DNA of 64,000 nt from Sphingobacteriales bacterium JAD_PAG50586_3 (lineage in GTDB: Bacteria > Bacteroidota > Bacteroidia > CAMBQF01): assembly GCA_023213195.1 (NCBI GenBank), contig CP096135.1, positions 946,616 to 1,010,615 of the forward strand. Reading direction: 5' to 3'. The notes beneath the pieces were generated by a model, which made no database searches, was not told where the DNA came from, and saw only the letters and a list, made by a program, of their open reading frames with translations. The position numbers and the translations under genes were made by a program. This document shows positions 62,834 through 64,000 of this stretch, piece by piece (position 1 is the first letter of the stretch; each line of letters begins with the position of its first letter).

Positions 62834-63620
62834 TTGAAAAAAGCGCACCTATAGGAATTTTTGATTCGGGTATTGGCGGCCTTACGGTTGCCGGTGCTAT
62901 TACCCGTGCTTTGCCTAACGAGAATACCATTTACTTTGGCGATACCGCCCACATGCCTTACGGCGATAAATCGCCGGAGTTGATTAAAAGGTACTCTACC
63001 CAAATAGCAGATTTTTTAGTGAGCAAAGGTTGTAAGGCCATTGTTATTGCCTGCAACACGGCGTCGGCACAAGCCTATAAAGAGGTTGTAGAGCATGTTA
63101 AGGGCGAAATACCTGTTATTAATGTTATAGACCCTGTAGCTGAATATATAGTAGGAAAATATCCCGCTAAAAAAATTGGTGTTATTGGTACCAAAGGCAC
63201 CATAGGCTCGGGCATTTACCCAAAAAAATTAAGAAGCTTAATAAAAGCGCCAATGTAACATCGTTGGCTACGCCTTTATTAGCACCAATGATAGAGGAAG
63301 GCTTTTTCAATAACAACATCAGCCGCACCATTATCAACTCTTATCTATCTAAAAAGAATATTGTAGATGCCGAGGTGGTAATACTTGCCTGCACGCATTA
63401 CCCTCTTATTAAGGCCGATATAATTAAGTTTTACGGCAAACGGGCCGATATTATAGACTCGTCAGACGTAGTAGCTGCTTACGTACAAAATGTGCTGCGT
63501 AAAAACGATTTGCTTACAACTGCCAAAACACCCGGTAAGCACGAGTTTTACGTAAGCGACTTTACCGAGAGCTTTGAGAAAAGCACCAAGCGCCTTTTTT
63601 GGCGAAAAAATAGACCTTAA
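62834..63620 (+). CDS. murI: glutamate racemase (frameshifts in A6 and A8 runs near 62840 and 63230)
   Basis: PIGIFDSGIGGLTVA…VIACNTASA… and …LACTHYPL… catalytic Cys motifs. N-terminus MKKSAPIGIF is recovered with one extra A. Confidence 0.75.
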
Positions 63621-63722
63621 AGAGGTTTTTCTGGGCAACTAAACGCACGTTTCTTACTTCTTTCGCTAGCGAATTCAATAAAACGCTAATTTTAAAACCT
63701 GCCCTGTGGGTTTGCATTATAC

Positions 63723-64000
63723 ATGAAGAAGATTTTACTGGTTGAAGATGAAGCAAGTGCTGTAGACTTTATACGTAAAGGCCTTACAGAGGCCGACTAT
63801 GATGTGTCGGTAGCGTTTGATGGCGATACAGCGCTGAAAATGGCGGAGGGCTCAACATTCGATTTGTTTATACTGGACATAATGATGCCGGGCAAAAATG
63901 GTATTGAGGTATGCAAAGAGTTGAGGGAACGCAATGTAAGTAGTCCCATACTTTTTCTTACTGCCTTGGGTACATCAGAAAATATAGCCCTGGGCCTTAA
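63723..64000 (+). CDS. response regulator receiver domain (OmpR/PhoB-type), 3' end outside the window
   Basis: MKKILLVEDEASAVDFIRKGLTEADYDVSVAFDGDTALKMAEGSTFDLFILDIMMPGKNGIEVCKELR…. Confidence 0.8.
   Translation, partial: MKKILLVEDEASAVDFIRKGLTEADYDVSVAFDGDTALKMAEGSTFDLFILDIMMPGKNGIEVCKELRERNVSSPILFLTALGTSENIALGL

Overview
This 64 kb window is a chromosomal segment from a Bacteroidetes genome, probably Sphingobacteriia-like. The evidence is two proteins with T9SS C-terminal sorting domains, a DUF6089 outer-membrane family, the conserved uppS-bamA-skp-skp-murI block, and rpsO-pnp followed by a short (~287 aa) RpoD. Other housekeeping genes are rnpA-yidD, dnaG, gdhA, icd, tatA, ubiE/menG, two tRNAs (Leu-TAA, Gly-GCC), an S41 peptidase, an M13 peptidase and a fatty-acid desaturase. 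These are interleaved with accessory material. The accessory features are two tandem Panacea (DUF4065) domain proteins, a DUF4160/DUF2442 pair, three tandem paralogs (~500 aa) of an unrecognised secreted family, a DUF3037 + HipA-like kinase pair, an AT-rich islet (22.9-26.6 kb), a tandem duplication of bamA, a DUF6089 cluster with a remnant copy carrying an internal deletion, and two ~800-bp non-coding islands (22140-22945, 47170-47975) built from short shared repeat modules, one of which shows compensatory hairpin changes. The sequence carries an unusually large number of gene disruptions: about 20 single-base frameshifts, nearly all in homopolymer runs, and four in-frame TAG codons, including ones in the essential genes rpoD and dnaG. 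This pattern looks more like consensus sequence error than real gene decay, but I cannot confirm that from sequence alone. Many ORF-track fragments have therefore been merged into single genes. I found no CRISPR array, rRNA, integrase or transposase.
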